A stretch of 64,000 bases of DNA from Octopus bimaculoides (taxonomy: Eukaryota), in assembly GCF_001194135.2 (NCBI RefSeq), contig NC_069000.1:39147720-39211719 (forward strand). Direction: 5' to 3'. Shown here one piece after another: positions 37,156 through 51,147 of this stretch. The notes under the pieces were generated by a model. The model was not told where the DNA came from. It ran no database searches and was given only the letters and a program-made list of their open reading frames with translations. Position 1 is the first letter of the stretch, and every line of letters starts with the position of its first letter. The position numbers and the translations under genes were made by a program.

Positions 37156-38501
37156 TTTAAAAATATTTTCTTATATTTAGGAAATGTGAATGCGCCTGTG
37201 TTTTTATAGATAAATGACCAAAATGATGTATGTATATATTTATATAGTCGCATCAGTAATTAGTATTTTCATTACCATTTCTCAATTGTTCCAGTGTTTT
37301 TTTTGTGTGTGTTTTTGTTTTGTATTTGTCGTATTGAAATACTAGTGTAAATTCAAAGTGGAGTACATATTTATGTACAACTTGCTATTTTAGTAGCTCC
37401 GATGTGGAAACCGATATAATTGATAAGTATTATAGCCTGAATACAGAACAAGATATGTTAATAAGTAAGACAGTCGATCTGAATGTCCTCGAGGAGAGAT
37501 AGACAATTTTTTATTTTCCAAATATCTATGAATGATGAGAGGAATTACTTGTTTTATTAGTTTTCTAAACTAGAATAAGAAGAAATTATATTTTATGAGA
37601 GGAAAATTTATTAAAAATTGATATCACCTACAAGACTTCTTCTGCATCATTTACACATTTGTAATAAGTGATAAGATACGTGGCTCCTATATAGGTCAGC
37701 CGTGGTGAAAAATTGTACGCTATGCATTTATATAAAACACCATTTCTGCTCTGTATGACATTCGAGAAACATGGTAAGGTCGAAACCGCTAAATGTATTG
37801 AAAATATATTGAGAATTCCTTTTGTGCACAGACAGCTATTGTTGGGGAGAACCACTACACTATAACATATATGTATGTTACATCATATATCTGGTAAAGT
37901 ATACTTGCTGGCGAACTAGTATAGTGAAGCTACCTAACTTAACTGAGGATGCCGAATTTCAACTGCAGTATGAAAAAGAATATATCGTACACTTTTAACA
38001 AGGTTTCTGAGAAACCAGAAAATGTTCTGGTTTGTAAAACACTATGAAACATTACTATACAGACAGTGCACTTTTATGACAAAAAATTTTAAAAAAATTA
38101 CAATTTTATTTTATGTAATGAGACACTAAAACGAAATGTCCCTAGTATTGCACAGAAGTTAGCTGAGATACTTACATATTCTGCTGCCCTAGCCGTTGAA
38201 CTAAAGTGTTATGGCAACTAGAGAATATATCTATCTCACCCATCGCAACGTATGCATGTAGAGTGATACATATGTATACATGTTTGCATGTGTATGTATG
38301 TATATATACATATATNNNNNNNNNNNNNNNNNNNNNNNNNNNNNNNNNNNNNNNNNNNNNNNNNNNNNNNNNNNNNNNNNNNNNNNNNNNNNNNNNNNNN
38401 NNNNNNNNNNNNNNNNNNNNNNNNNNNNNNNNNNNNNNNNNNNNNNNNNNNNNNNNNNNNNNNNNNNNNNNNNNNNNNNNNNNNNNNNNNNNNNNNNNNN
38501 N

Positions 38502-38537
<36 letters not shown>

Positions 38538-39009
38538 GGAATTTTGTATGGGTAGTGACACAGTTTCACTGTGGACAGACGTTAGCACATTCGAGATAAC
38601 ACTAATATATGGATCGGCAATTCTATCTTGAACCTGTTAGTTAATTAATACTGAATATTGCGACAGGTTCTGTATTCAACATTCTTCACGCTGAATAATT
38701 TTTGTATATTGATGTTATTCTTGAACATACATGTAAAACTTAAACACGCATTTGCCAAATAATATTTTTTCTTAGATTCAAGACGTTTTCAGTACTAAAG
38801 GTAACAGATTTGTAAAAATAAAAAAAAAAAACCTGAATCCGAAATATCAAATACAGAGATATTCTTAGAACACCAGGATGTAAAACCAACATCCCTTCTT
38901 TCTATTCCCATCCAAACATTACAAACGAAATAAAGTCTATATAATAAATTATATGGATGTTCTGTATCTGTGGGAATAAGGTATATTTGCTACATTCTTT
39001 CATTTTTTC

Positions 39010-39465
39010 ACATGTCTTAGTTATTTGACTACGATCATGCTGGAGCAGCGGCTATGTTTGGGAAAGGCCGTGATGGATTTAGTCGAACAAATCGTCGGTA
39101 TTACTTACTTTATTTTCACTCGAGCTAATTATTCTGTCGGATGAATTTTGCCGAACCTCTAAGCTATCAGGCGGTGATGGGAAACACAAATACACAAAAT
39201 ACACTATAAACACAAAGATACACAAATACTCATACAGCCATAGACACAGATCCGCATACTTGCGATTGAGCACATAAACACAAACACTCACACACACACA
39301 CATGCATATACAGACTCACACACACACACATGCATATACAGACTCACACACACATACTATGGGCTTCTTTCAGAGCCCTTCTCAAAAATATTTGATTGTC
39401 CTGGGGCTATAGTAGACACCATCTGTCCGTGCTGCCACGCAATGTAACTAAATACGGAACCTGAC
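39010..39465 (-). mobile_element. SINE family A, old diverged copy
   Basis: ttagttatttgactacgatcatgctggagcagc..tagtcgaacaaatcg..ttttgccgaacctctaag..(CA)n..gggcttctttcag..ggggctatagtagacacc. Confidence 0.75.
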
Positions 39466-39949
39466 GAACAATAATAATAAAGTGTACGATATTTTCAATG
39501 CAAAGAAATCAACAAGAAAAATAAGTAGTAAAAGGAATTGGCACTCATAATACGTATTAAATGTGATTATCGCACGTAAATATGATATACATATAAGTAT
39601 AAATGGCGAATAAATTTAAGAAAATAAGTAACATGTTGTCTTTTAGTATAAACAAATAAAGACTCATCATACGTTACTGTGAATAGACAGAGAAGAAAAT
39701 GAAACATTTCCAATGTAAATATAGTCAACCAATATTCAATAAAAAAAATCTACGCTATTTGATTATAGATTAATACGTCCTCGGATAAATCAAAAGCAAC
39801 AGAGACGCGACCAACCGTGTTTAAAACGAATTTATTGCAGGAGCGATAACAAAATTATGTCACGCGCACATGAGAATCTACGTCAGATCAAAGAGTTAAC
39901 TCTGAAGAAAACTCGTACATCGTTAATTATAAGAGTACAAAGAAAATCA

Positions 39950-40450
39950 AATGAAAGAAAAACTTTGGACTTTGACCTAATTAATACTACACTGCAGTAA
40001 TCTTCCATCACAAGCTATTAAAGAAACGCATGAATTATGGAATAAAACTGAGAAAATATATCGTAGACATTACCCTTGAGAATGTATGGAGATTTACAAT
40101 CTCGAATAATAATATTCAAAAGATTGAAGATTTAATGGACGTAGAAAGAAGAATACAGCAAACAAAACGAAAGAATCGATCAAACATACATGACAGAACA
40201 TACCACAAAGCAATGGAAATTTCTGAGCCGCATATAAACAATGGAAGAATCGAAAAATGAGAAGAAGCAACACATCAGACGTAGCAACAAATACAATGCC
40301 ACTCAAAATGGAGGCGAAACATCAGACAACACAACACACAAGCAGCAAATGTGCTGCAGACTAAATATAAAAATACCAGTGCAAATATTAATTGAATAAA
40401 GTTCGGAACAATAGCAAATACAAGAGAAGTGAAACATTCAATGAAATATA
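39950..40450 (+). mobile_element. possible very old R4/Dong N-terminal relic
   Basis: A-rich. Fragments YYTAV, KETHELWNK and ENVWRFTISNNNIQKIE occur in the order expected for the Dong N-terminus (compare 55880-56427). Confidence 0.4.
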
Positions 40451-41247
40451 CAGCCACGACATAAACAAAATATCTCCGACAGAGCACAGACTAATAATAA
40501 TCATTATACTATAACAACTAAAGTCAACAGTAAAAAGAACAACGAAAGACTCAGTAAAAAAACATTGAAAAGAATAGAAAGAAAATGTGCTGCATTTCCG
40601 ACGCAAATACCTGCCTAAGATACACACGGAGAAGCAGATCCATGAAAGAATAATTAAAATACCGGAAGAATAATTAAAATACAGAAGACATGTACCTTGC
40701 TCACAGAAACGACAGTCCGTTAGAAATAGAGAGGAAGGAATAATGGGATGAGCAATAAAGCCGGATGTTTATATATAACGCTGGATATTAAATGATGCTT
40801 GATTCTTAAACATTTAGGCTACAAACTCCCCGGTGGGTAGTAAAGTGTTAAGTTACGTGACAATCCCGATGATAGCAATAAATCAAAAGTAAGAAAATGT
40901 TGTTTAAACAACAGTTGAGAAGTCAAAGCAAAGAAAATGTGACAAGAGAAGAGAGGAAAATATCTATTTATTTAATAGATTTCAACGAGAAGACAAACCA
41001 CAACTAAATTAACATTGTAAGTAGGCAATGTATTGTGAGAGAGAGAATACTTTGATCGTGTTAGACCCTTCTGGGAATCATGAATAAAATTCAACTGTCT
41101 ACTAGATCAATGCAAATACAAAATAAAAAGATTATTATGTACACAGCAAGATGTACGTATGTCAGATAAAATAAAACAATATAAGCATAAACCCTACAGA
41201 AATCAACAAAGTATAGAATCCACATGTAAAATATAGAGTAGATGTCC

Positions 41248-41279
41248 ATTTTGAACCACAGATAACTGTGGTTCAAAAT
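41248..41279. other. perfect 14-bp hairpin with a 4-nt loop
   Basis: attttgaaccacag-ataa-ctgtggttcaaaat. Confidence 0.9.
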
Positions 41280-42547
41280 CATTTTCTTAAGCTAGTCCTG
41301 TTCTAAACGTCCATATTTGTTTCCAGAGCTTTAATTAGACCTTGTTTCATGTTCTGAGTAATATAAAGCTTTGCTTTTATAAGTCCGAAGTTACTATTAT
41401 GTGTGAAAAAATTAGGATTAGTTATCATATATGATGCATGGCCGAAGTGTAATATGTTCTGTGTGCCACATATGACAAATTGGATACAGGAACGGTAGAA
41501 TGATGAATTGATTTGTCTGAAATTGTTTCAGTAAGGTACAGGAGTATTAATATGGGTTATTTTCGGCAAAAATACTTAAGAACGGTAAACAAAAAATATT
41601 TTTCTTTCAGCGTTTTGCCTGCGAACGTCTATGTAAAGCTGTTTGCCTGAATGAATTGGAACTGTCTTAAATAGTATACATTTCTGTTCATGATAGACAA
41701 GCTCAGTGATAAGAATGCAATGAAAACTATTTCTTGGCAGTTTGGCCGGTATTTCTAATTTTTTTTTCAGGTTTAATTAACGTGAACGAGGGATGCTTTA
41801 TGTTGTTACTTGAGATGGTAGAAATAGGCAAACATCTCGGAAATCATATCTCACTGTCTGGAACTGGAAGGATAAGTTGGACGGTTTAGTTTTGAGTATC
41901 CTTTAAAAAGAAGAGAAGGGCATGACTGGATTGCCTATGAGGCAAGAATGACTACAAGCTAAAGAGCGACAACAACAGAAACAACAACAACAACGGTGAT
42001 GGCCACAAAATAACCAACGTTAATGTATAGCTGAACCATATGAAACGTTCATCTATTGTAGGTAGGATAGAAGGAGAAATGTTTACGTTTAATTTCGGCT
42101 GAGAAATGTGTTAACGACCTTTTGATCTTGGTTTGTCAGATATAATTAGTTAGTGTACATTTCTGTTCAATTATACGTGGGAAGAGAGAGTCGAGCTGGA
42201 ATAAATGAGAGAGGTACGTTTCTGCAACCAGAAGTAATTTCCACTTGTCAAATAATTAGTTGATCAAGTTAATAGTTTCTAATTTGCACGAAATCATGAA
42301 TCTATTGAGAGAGAAACGATAAGCGAATCGACCAAACAGTTTCCATAATGGAATAAATATTCGTAGCAAGCCACGTAGATACATAATGAAGTAATATTTA
42401 AAATCTGAAGGCAGCTCTAATATTTCTAACACCTTTACTAAGATGAACTTATTCCTATCGTTGAATCCCAAATTGTATGATAGACTTACTTTTCACATCT
42501 TATTACACTTACTATGTAAATTTATTTCTACTATGCGTCAACACTTG

Positions 42548-42602
42548 CTAGGAAGTTACGGTCTAAGGAACTCAGCCGAATACCCTAACCACTACGCAAC
42601 GC
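42548..42602 (-). mobile_element. tRNA-like SINE head fragment (third family)
   Basis: Minus gcgttgcgtagtggttagggtattcggctg: A box TAGTGGTTAGG present, no B box or cloverleaf. Confidence 0.4.
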
Positions 42603-45600
42603 CTCTTCTCACGATACAAATATAATTGCATACTTAACTCTCTTTACATGTTTAGATGGTCGCATGACCGTCAAGATATAGCTACCAAATCTCCCTCAAA
42701 TAATCTTTAATATCTTTTAAGAAAAATAATTATGAGATTATAGTCGTACATACATAGAAGAATTGAATCAGTTTAGGATGATTAGGGCAGTTTTACTCAC
42801 AGCTGTATTGGGTCAGGAATGAGACTGGATGAATAACAAAAACAACCGATATAAATATAGAAGCAGCAATGTGGAAGAGATGCAGCTTTCTAATATTGTT
42901 GCTATTACTTCAGTGGCGAATCACGATGGTTCGTTTGTCCCATGTAATTGCCTTATAACTATATTATTCAACACAGAATTTTGAATAACAATGTTAATCC
43001 ACTAAGATTTGTACACCCAAATCAAATCACTATCTATAGTCCGGCATCCAGTAGTGTTTTGTTTTTAATTAGTCCATATACAGAATCCTGAGCCGTAGCA
43101 AAATGAGACAATTGCGAAATCCCACACGTTGGATTTTCCCTGGACTAGTCTGACTGTTAAGTATCTGGAGCCATAAAGCTTAATATTGCCTCAGGTCCTG
43201 ATAATAAATAATAGCTACTCTAATCACATATTCAAAAGTCTGATTTTTATAAACAAGAATAAAATAATAAGATAATACCTTAAGTATATTTTCTAAAAAT
43301 ATGAAAGCATCGTTAATATATCAACATAATTAGCAAGTCATTTAAATTATGGTTTGGATTTCAAATTGTCTTATATAGATACCCGAAAGTAAATCTCATT
43401 GCAGGAGGAAAATACAATGGATTGAATTGGTACACTTGATATGGTTATTTTTAATCTCACATAAAATATACTCCGAACAATCCATGGAACTGGAGATTGA
43501 TGATTAGTCTGTTCAATGATGCCGACTCCAATTCTAATCAGGACACGATAAGTTTAAAATATAATGCTGGTACCTGATTTCATAGTTTATTTCTATAAAA
43601 TATCACGATCGCTCTAAAAATCTAGAACCATAAAAGGGTGCTATTCACAAGTTGTCCAGCCTGAGTTGAGAACCACTGTAAACGCTAGCAAAGCAGGAGG
43701 TCATACGTAATAATACTCTAAAGGAAATATAAATCAGAAAAGTATTTCTGAAATTATCGTCTTAAAACTTTAAGTCTGAAATGATAACAAAATCTAAAAG
43801 TAAAACGACAGATTGCAGCTAGAAATTAGGAGTTATTGAAAAACATCTTCATCGAGCATAAGCTATGAAAACCAACGCGTGAAAAAGATTAGTGGCAACA
43901 TTAATCAAGATAGAGCGTCTGTGATTCTTTTCAATGCAAAAGAAAATTAATGAATTGTTGATAGTTGCTATATTATACCTCATTATTTCTAATTTGTTGG
44001 AGCAAAAGTAATTAAATCGATCAGCCGACGCAAAGCCGGTTGAAACAGTCAGTTTCGCTAAAACACAACAAACGGTTTCATATTCAGCCATATTGGGTAG
44101 AGATTATACTGCAAAGAACAAGTTGCCTGGCAAGATGCCAGTCAGCTCTACTTGACAGTTCGTTAAAACAGATCTTGCGTTGATTTGGTGTTCATATGAA
44201 AATAGGGTGATCACTCACACGGTACAAAATGAACAATGAAAGAAAGAAAACACTGGGCACTGCAACCCAACAAAATGGTGCTGTACGAAACTAAATCGAG
44301 TACGCTGATTCCGAATCTGAACTCACAATTGTTGTGGCATGCCAGGATTTTGAGTTATGCGTTGCAGTTACTCACCTTCAGCTAAGCTGTCCTTACACAT
44401 GTCTGTGTCATTGACCCTACCGTAGCACAAACAAACGGACGCCAAAACTGAAAACACCGAAACTCCTTCCCCACGCCTAACATACCACCATGATTAACTC
44501 ACCATGAATCCTGCTTCCCTTGTGTCCCATCTTATCCTGCTATCTATTGTTTCTTATTTTCTCACTCATCCTATCCAAAGCGCTCCCACAAAGCACACAA
44601 CCACAGCAAAGACAGTTTCATCTCTCTAATAAGCCATCCCAGTCCAAAATACATTCCATATCGGCAATTTCCTTTACAAGAGCACTCTACTTCTCTGATC
44701 CAACGAACACGCCTTAAACATTTGATATTCTAGCATACTAAATTCTAATGTACGCCACGTTGTTCCCTTTGTAATTCCATCTCGACGAGTGAAACGGTCG
44801 TCATCTATCCACGGATCACGAATTCCCTCAGATGCAGCAGACTTTGTAGCGCGTCGCGAGTCTTTCGACATTCTCGCTCCAGTGAACATTTAATAGACCG
44901 TCTTTCAGTCTTCAGTCTGACTTCCAACACCAGATCACCCGTCATTCGCTTTCACAGAAATATCAAAATATCTTTATTCCCAGAACATATACGCTTTTGA
45001 TCTTCATGAAATCCGTCACTCATTCTAACCTGCACGTTCCCGCTGCTTCCTCCAGATCTACAATCCTTTTCACTCTGCTTCGTTTCTCACCGCTTCCACT
45101 ACAAACTCATTTGCATCCACAACACACTTTTCTCCTATATCGCACATCATACCACACCACCTCAATTTACGCAAGTAACACCACCCCATCTTCACTTACG
45201 CACGTTCTACACTCTCTTCAGAGCTTCATCCTACTGTCACGTCTGCAAGCCTCACTTTGGACACCATTTCCTTACAAATATACGCCTATCATACAAGGAT
45301 ATATACATGTAAGCACGCGGATAGTAATGACAAAAACACTCACACACACAAATAGAGGCATACCCACACAAGCACAGTGGAACATATACACACGCACGCC
45401 ATCAGCTATCTACTTTTCATATAACCGTACACACAGGTACACTGAATCACGCGTTCGACATGAATTCTCTCACGCTTCCACTATTTATTCCCTTCACTTA
45501 AACACGCATATGCACATATATGCAAGACGCAGACACACACACACACACATACATACAGATACGCACGCATACTCGCCCAAACCTTTATTCTTCACAGATT

Positions 45601-45974
45601 CTCTTTCACACACGCATACGCGAACTTTGAAAAGATCACACATTTTGCAATACATCGCACTGGCTGTTCTGTGTCGCAGCGTGAAATCTTCTATATCTCT
45701 CTCCTCTTTAATCCTTCAAACTCGTACTTTATGTTACCTACTCCCATAACTACGAAGCACACCTCTTTCTGCGCTTTCCATACCTTGAATTCGTTCTGCT
45801 CTAAATAAACACAATGGTTTTCTCTACCTCGATTCGGTTGTCTTTTTCTTCTCTGCAGCCTATGTATTCATCTAAGCTATTTTGACATCTTGCATTGTAA
45901 CATCAAAATGTACAATATTTTGTTATCCTTGCCTTGTACAAATTTCTCTGAGCCTTTGAGAATAGTTTTGGTTT

Positions 45975-46008
<34 letters not shown>

Positions 46009-46246
46009 CTCTAAATCGAATGACTTTTCTTCTTTTCCCATCAAATAATTCCAACGTATTCAACCTCTCTACTTCTATTGGGTTGTGCACTACACGACAC
46101 ATGAAGGTCATCTTCCCCCTACGGTTTACCATCCCAATTTACCATGTGACATAAAAAATGTCTTTATGACCCAACATTCCTATCCGATGTTCATAGTTCA
46201 TCCATCTGCTCTTTTTTACGTTTATTTTCTTATGCACATGCATACA

Positions 46247-46287
<41 letters not shown>

Positions 46288-47277
46288 ACTTGGGGATGGT
46301 CATATTGACAGTTTAGCCAATAAAAACACACGCACTGTATATTTGGTGTTAATTTGCTTCAGCTTTATATTACATTAATCTTAATTTTATTTCGGCCAGA
46401 GTTCTTTCGTCACACTTCTGTGACCTCATCNNNNNNNNNNNNNNNNNNNNNNNNNNNNNNNNNNNNNNNNNNNNNNNNNNNNNNNNNNNNNNNNNNNNNN
46501 NNNNNNNNNNNNNNNNNNNNNNNNNNNNNNNNNNNNNNNNNNNNNNNNNNNNNNNNNNNNNNNNNNNNNNNNNNNNNNNNNNNNNNNNNNNNNNNNNNNN
46601 NNNNNNNNNNNNNNNNNNNNNNNNNNNNNNNNNNNNNNNNNNNNNNNNNNNNNNNNNNNNNNNNNNNNNNNNNNNNNNNNNNNNNNNNNNNNNNNNNNNN
46701 NNNNNNNNNNNNNNNNNNNNNNNNNNNNNNNNNNNNNNNNNNNNNNNNNNNNNNNNNNNNNNNNNNNNNNNNNNNNNNNNNNNNNNNNNNNNNNNNNNNN
46801 NNNNNNNNNNNNNNNNNNNNNNNNNNNNNNNNNNNNNNNNNNNNNNNNNNNNNNNNNNNNNNNNNNNNNNNNNNNNNNNNNNNNNNNNNNNNNNNNNNNN
46901 NNNNNNNNNNNNNNNNNNNNNNNNNNNNNNNNNNNNNNNNNNNNNNNNNNNNNNNNNNNNNNNNNNNNNNNNNNNNNNNNNNNNNNNNNNNNNNNNNNNN
47001 NNNNNNNNNNNNNNNNNNNNNNNNNNNNNNNNNNNNNNNNNNNNNNNNNNNNNNNNNNNNNNNNNNNNNNNNNNNNNNNNNNNNNNNNNNNNNNNNNNNN
47101 NNNNNNNNNNNNNNNNNNNNNNNNNNNNNNNNNNNNNNNNNNNNNNNNNNNNNNNNNNNNNNNNNNNNNNNNNNNNNNNNNNNNNNNNNNNNNNNNNNNN
47201 NNNNNNNNNNNNNNNNNNNNNNNNNNNNNNNNNNNNNNNNNNNNNNNNNNNNNNNNNNNNNNNNNNNNNNNNNNNNN

Positions 47278-47312
<35 letters not shown>

Positions 47313-47933
47313 GCATGCACATATATATATCTGTGTGTGTGTATAGTGTGCGTGTATCTCTGAGTATGTTTCGTGTGTGTGTGTGTGTGTTAGCTATGTT
47401 AATTATTGAATCCATAGAAGTTATCCTCTTTATCAGATAGAACTTTCAGAGACGAACGTTTGTCCTCAAGAATGAACCACTATGTTTTTCATGTTACTAC
47501 CGTTACACTTTATCTCTTCATCATATTCATTTCAGCTTTCAGCAACATATAATCATTTAGCTTGAAGTCAATTTTATATGGTTTCCTGAAGGTTACCACT
47601 AAAATTTCCATCCATACAGCATTGCATTATTTCTTTTTTGTAATCATTGAATGATTTTCTTAACGATATGTTCTGTTTCACTGCTCTATATTTTTCAATG
47701 TTTTTAAAGTAGATTACTTTTTTATGATATGCGGTTATACACAATCAGCAAACTTATTCTATTCAATGTTTGCTTTTCTTCCGTTTTCATATCTTACATT
47801 TTCGCGATTTCCAGCATCTACGTACACTATTTTATTTTCTCACACTGATATCTTACGGCTTCTGAATACATTTTTAGATTAATTTTTACCATTGACCTTC
47901 ACACATGAATTTAACCGATAGTGAAAACGTAGC

Positions 47934-47974
<41 letters not shown>

Positions 47975-47977
<3 letters not shown>

Positions 47978-48025
47978 GCTTCCCAACCACATGCTTCCGG
48001 GTTCAGTCCCACTGCCGGGGTACTG
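47975..48025 (+). mobile_element. SINE family A head fragment between two (TA)n tracts
   Basis: catgcttcccaaccacatgcttccgggttcagtcccactgccgg matches 14011-14055. Confidence 0.8.
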
Positions 48026-48052
48026 AACACAACACACACATTACGCAGATCC

Positions 48053-48083
<31 letters not shown>

Positions 48084-48431
48084 CGTATACGTGCATACAT
48101 ACATATGTGTATGTGCATAAGTATAAGTGGTCTTTTTATTAAGCAAATAACATACCCTAAATATGAATTATTTGAAACGTAGTATTCTATGCACTACATT
48201 TTACAGCTGCCATTATATCAAAGGCTGCTGCCCCATTTATAATATATCGTGAGATATATGGTTTTTTGAAAATATATTTTAATAACTTAATTCTCCTTAA
48301 AATGTTCAACTGATCTTTATAATAATCACTCCCTTTTGAGTTCCGAAAACCTACTAATAGATCGAAAATCCTTAAATCATGTCTTTCATGTATTCCATAT
48401 CTATTTGCTTTCTCACAAAATTTTGATTTCG

Positions 48432-48785
48432 TTTGATATATATTTTTATTGTAATAACTCCTTTACACATTAAACGTGTTTTTTAATAAAATTCCAGTTC
48501 CACATATTACAAATCACGTTTCTTGTTAGCTGGTAATTTTCTCTCAACTTATTAATAAAATTCCATTACGATAAAGACTAGTTTTTTTATGCCAACTTCC
48601 CATTTGCTCGTAAAGTTTGTAAATTGTTTGATATTTATTTCTATTGTAATAACCCCTTACATAATAACCGCTTTTAAAAAGAAAAAAACTTAATATTCCA
48701 GCTCCACACATTATAAATCGCGTTTCTTCTTAACTGGTAATTTCTGTTATTAATTAATAAAAATCCATTTCCTATAAGACCTTGT
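48432..48785. repeat. diverged tandem duplication, about 195-bp period, 2 units
   Basis: tttgatatatatttttattgtaataactcctttac..attccagttccacatattacaaatcacgtttcttgttagctggtaattt versus tttgatatttatttctattgtaataaccccttac..attccagctccacacattataaatcgcgtttcttcttaactggtaattt. Confidence 0.85.
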
Positions 48786-48916
48786 TATGTATTTTCTCCA
48801 TACCTATTTTCATTTCTTGCAAGCTAGGAAGATTTATTGAAGAAACTCTATAATATATAGTCGGTACTAAGCATAAGATACTACTAATCAATACAATGTA
48901 TTTTATCTATTTAGAT

Positions 48917-49183
48917 GTTGTTGTTGTTGTTGTTGGCACTCCGTCGCTTACGGCGTCGAGGGTTCCAGTTGATGCTATGAACGGAACAGCCTGCTCGTGA
49001 AATTAACGTGCAAGTGGCTGAGCACTCCACAGACACGTGTACCCTTAACGTAGTTCTCGGGGATATTCAGCGTGACACAGTGTGACAAGGCTGACCGTTT
49101 GAATTACAGGCACAACAGAAACAGGAAGTAAGAGTGAGAGAAAGTTGTGGTGGAATAGTACAGCAGGGTTCGCCACCATCCAC
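48917..49183 (-). mobile_element. 5'-truncated retroposon with a (CAA)n tail and perfect 12-bp target-site duplication
   Basis: TSD atctatttagat at 48905-48916 and 49184-49195. The minus-strand end is ...cgacggagtgccaacaacaacaacaac. An older copy lies at 52625-52772. Confidence 0.9.
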
Positions 49184-50763
49184 ATCTATTTAGATAGTAA
49201 TTCAAAATATTGTTTCTCAGGTTATTAGTAATTATATTAAAGCATGAACTTTTATACACATCCATAAGTTTAATGGTATTGCATATTCCCCGGCGTTTAT
49301 AATCAATTTTTCTAAAACGTACAACATGTATATGTCTGTTCATCATACTATAAACTCTTCCGATTCACAAAGAGAATGCTAGTCTATGCTCGTCTGTGAA
49401 ATATATAATTTTTCCTACATTTCTCACCTTGTAGGAATTTAATCGTTGTTCTCGTACAAATGATGAAACGATTTTTGATTTGATTAAAATATTTATGGAA
49501 ACTACTCTGATATATCTACTTTAATCTGCCTTTACTCGAGATTGTTTAAATCATGGAATAGAATATACTTTTGTTTTACGATGATATATAAATTTCAATT
49601 ATCAGTTACACTGTTTACGTTAGAGAATATCACAGAGATCATAAACCAAAAGAAAAGTAGACACAATTTCTCATCATAAAAGTTAATTAAAAGTTTTTCT
49701 TATCAAAGTTGAAGAAGTGTTTGATGATGATAACCAAATATATCTCACCACTAACATCTACATTGTGCCTTTTTTATTTCCAGCGTTATTAAAATGCAGT
49801 TATAGGTTCACTTTCACTTTCACTTTTACCGACTCCATTACTATAAACCATACAATAAATTCTGAAGTAAACTGTACTTATGCACATTAAGTATTTTATA
49901 NNNNNNNNNNNNNNNNNNNNNNNNNNNNNNNNNNNNNNNNNNNNNNNNNNNNNNNNNNNNNNNNNNNNNNNNNNNNNNNNNNNNNNNNNNNNNNNNNNNN
50001 NNNNNNNNNNNNNNNNNNNNNNNNNNNNNNNNNNNNNNNNNNNNNNNNNNNNNNNNNNNNNNNNNNNNNNNNNNNNNNNNNNNNNNNNNNNNNNNNNNNN
50101 NNNNNNNNNNNNNNNNNNNNNNNNNNNNNNNNNNNNNNNNNNNNNNNNNNNNNNNNNNNNNNNNNNNNNNNNNNNNNNNNNNNNNNNNNNNNNNNNNNNN
50201 NNNNNNNNNNNNNNNNNNNNNNNNNNNNNNNNNNNNNNNNNNNNNNNNNNNNNNNNNNNNNNNNNNNNNNNNNNNNNNNNNNNNNNNNNNNNNNNNNNNN
50301 NNNNNNNNNNNNNNNNNNNNNNNNNNNNNNNNNNNNNNNNNNNNNNNNNNNNNNNNNNNNNNNNNNNNNNNNNNNNNNNNNNNNNNNNNNNNNNNNNNNN
50401 NNNNNNNNNNNNNNNNNNNNNNNNNNNNNNNNNNNNNNNNNNNNNNNNNNNNNNNNNNNNNNNNNNNNNNNNNNNNNNNNNNNNNNNNNNNNNNNNNNNN
50501 NNNNNNNNNNNNNNNNNNNNNNNNNNNNNNNNNNNNNNNNNNNNNNNNNNNNNNNNNNNNNNNNNNNNNNNNNNNNNNNNNNNNNNNNNNNNNNNNNNNN
50601 NNNNNNNNNNNNNNNNNNNNNNNNNNNNNTATATATATATATATATATATATATTTATACATACATACATACATATATGCATATATATAGAGAGAGACAG
50701 GGAGATAAATAGATAGATATGCACACAATGCATATATATACGTGTGTTTATGTGTATGCGTGT

Positions 50764-50828
<65 letters not shown>

Positions 50829-50842
50829 TGTGTGTGTGTATG

Positions 50843-50885
<43 letters not shown>

Positions 50886-50954
50886 GTATATATATAGAGA
50901 GAGAGATATATACACACACACATACACACGCACACACACGCACGCACACACACA

Positions 50955-51147
50955 CATGAAGTGGTGCCTATAACTGCCTGACTTTGTGCAAAAGGAAATA
51001 CAAGAGGATCAATTAATTATGTTTTATTCAACATATTTCCTTCTCAGATTCACATACTTATCGTTATCCTTCAGTTTTTCTAAGCCTTGTAAAAAACCCT
51101 AGAATGTTGGGCCTCCTGAAATCCAAGAACCTTTAAGCCCCACATGA
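50955..51147. mobile_element. mariner-derived MITE, diverged
   Basis: aatacaagaggatcaattaattatgttttattcaacatatttccttctcagattcacatactt..ttctaagccttgtaaaa..gttgggcctcc is homologous to 32993-33202. Confidence 0.65.

Noticed and set aside
43849-44091. GPCR TM7-like INNSLIFF in a minus-strand ORF
   Set aside because: No other TM segments or NPxxY-like motif, and no splice context.
44997-45749. 250-aa H/T/S-rich ORF
   Set aside because: A by-product of G-poor composition and (CA)n tracts, with a non-ATG start and no domain.
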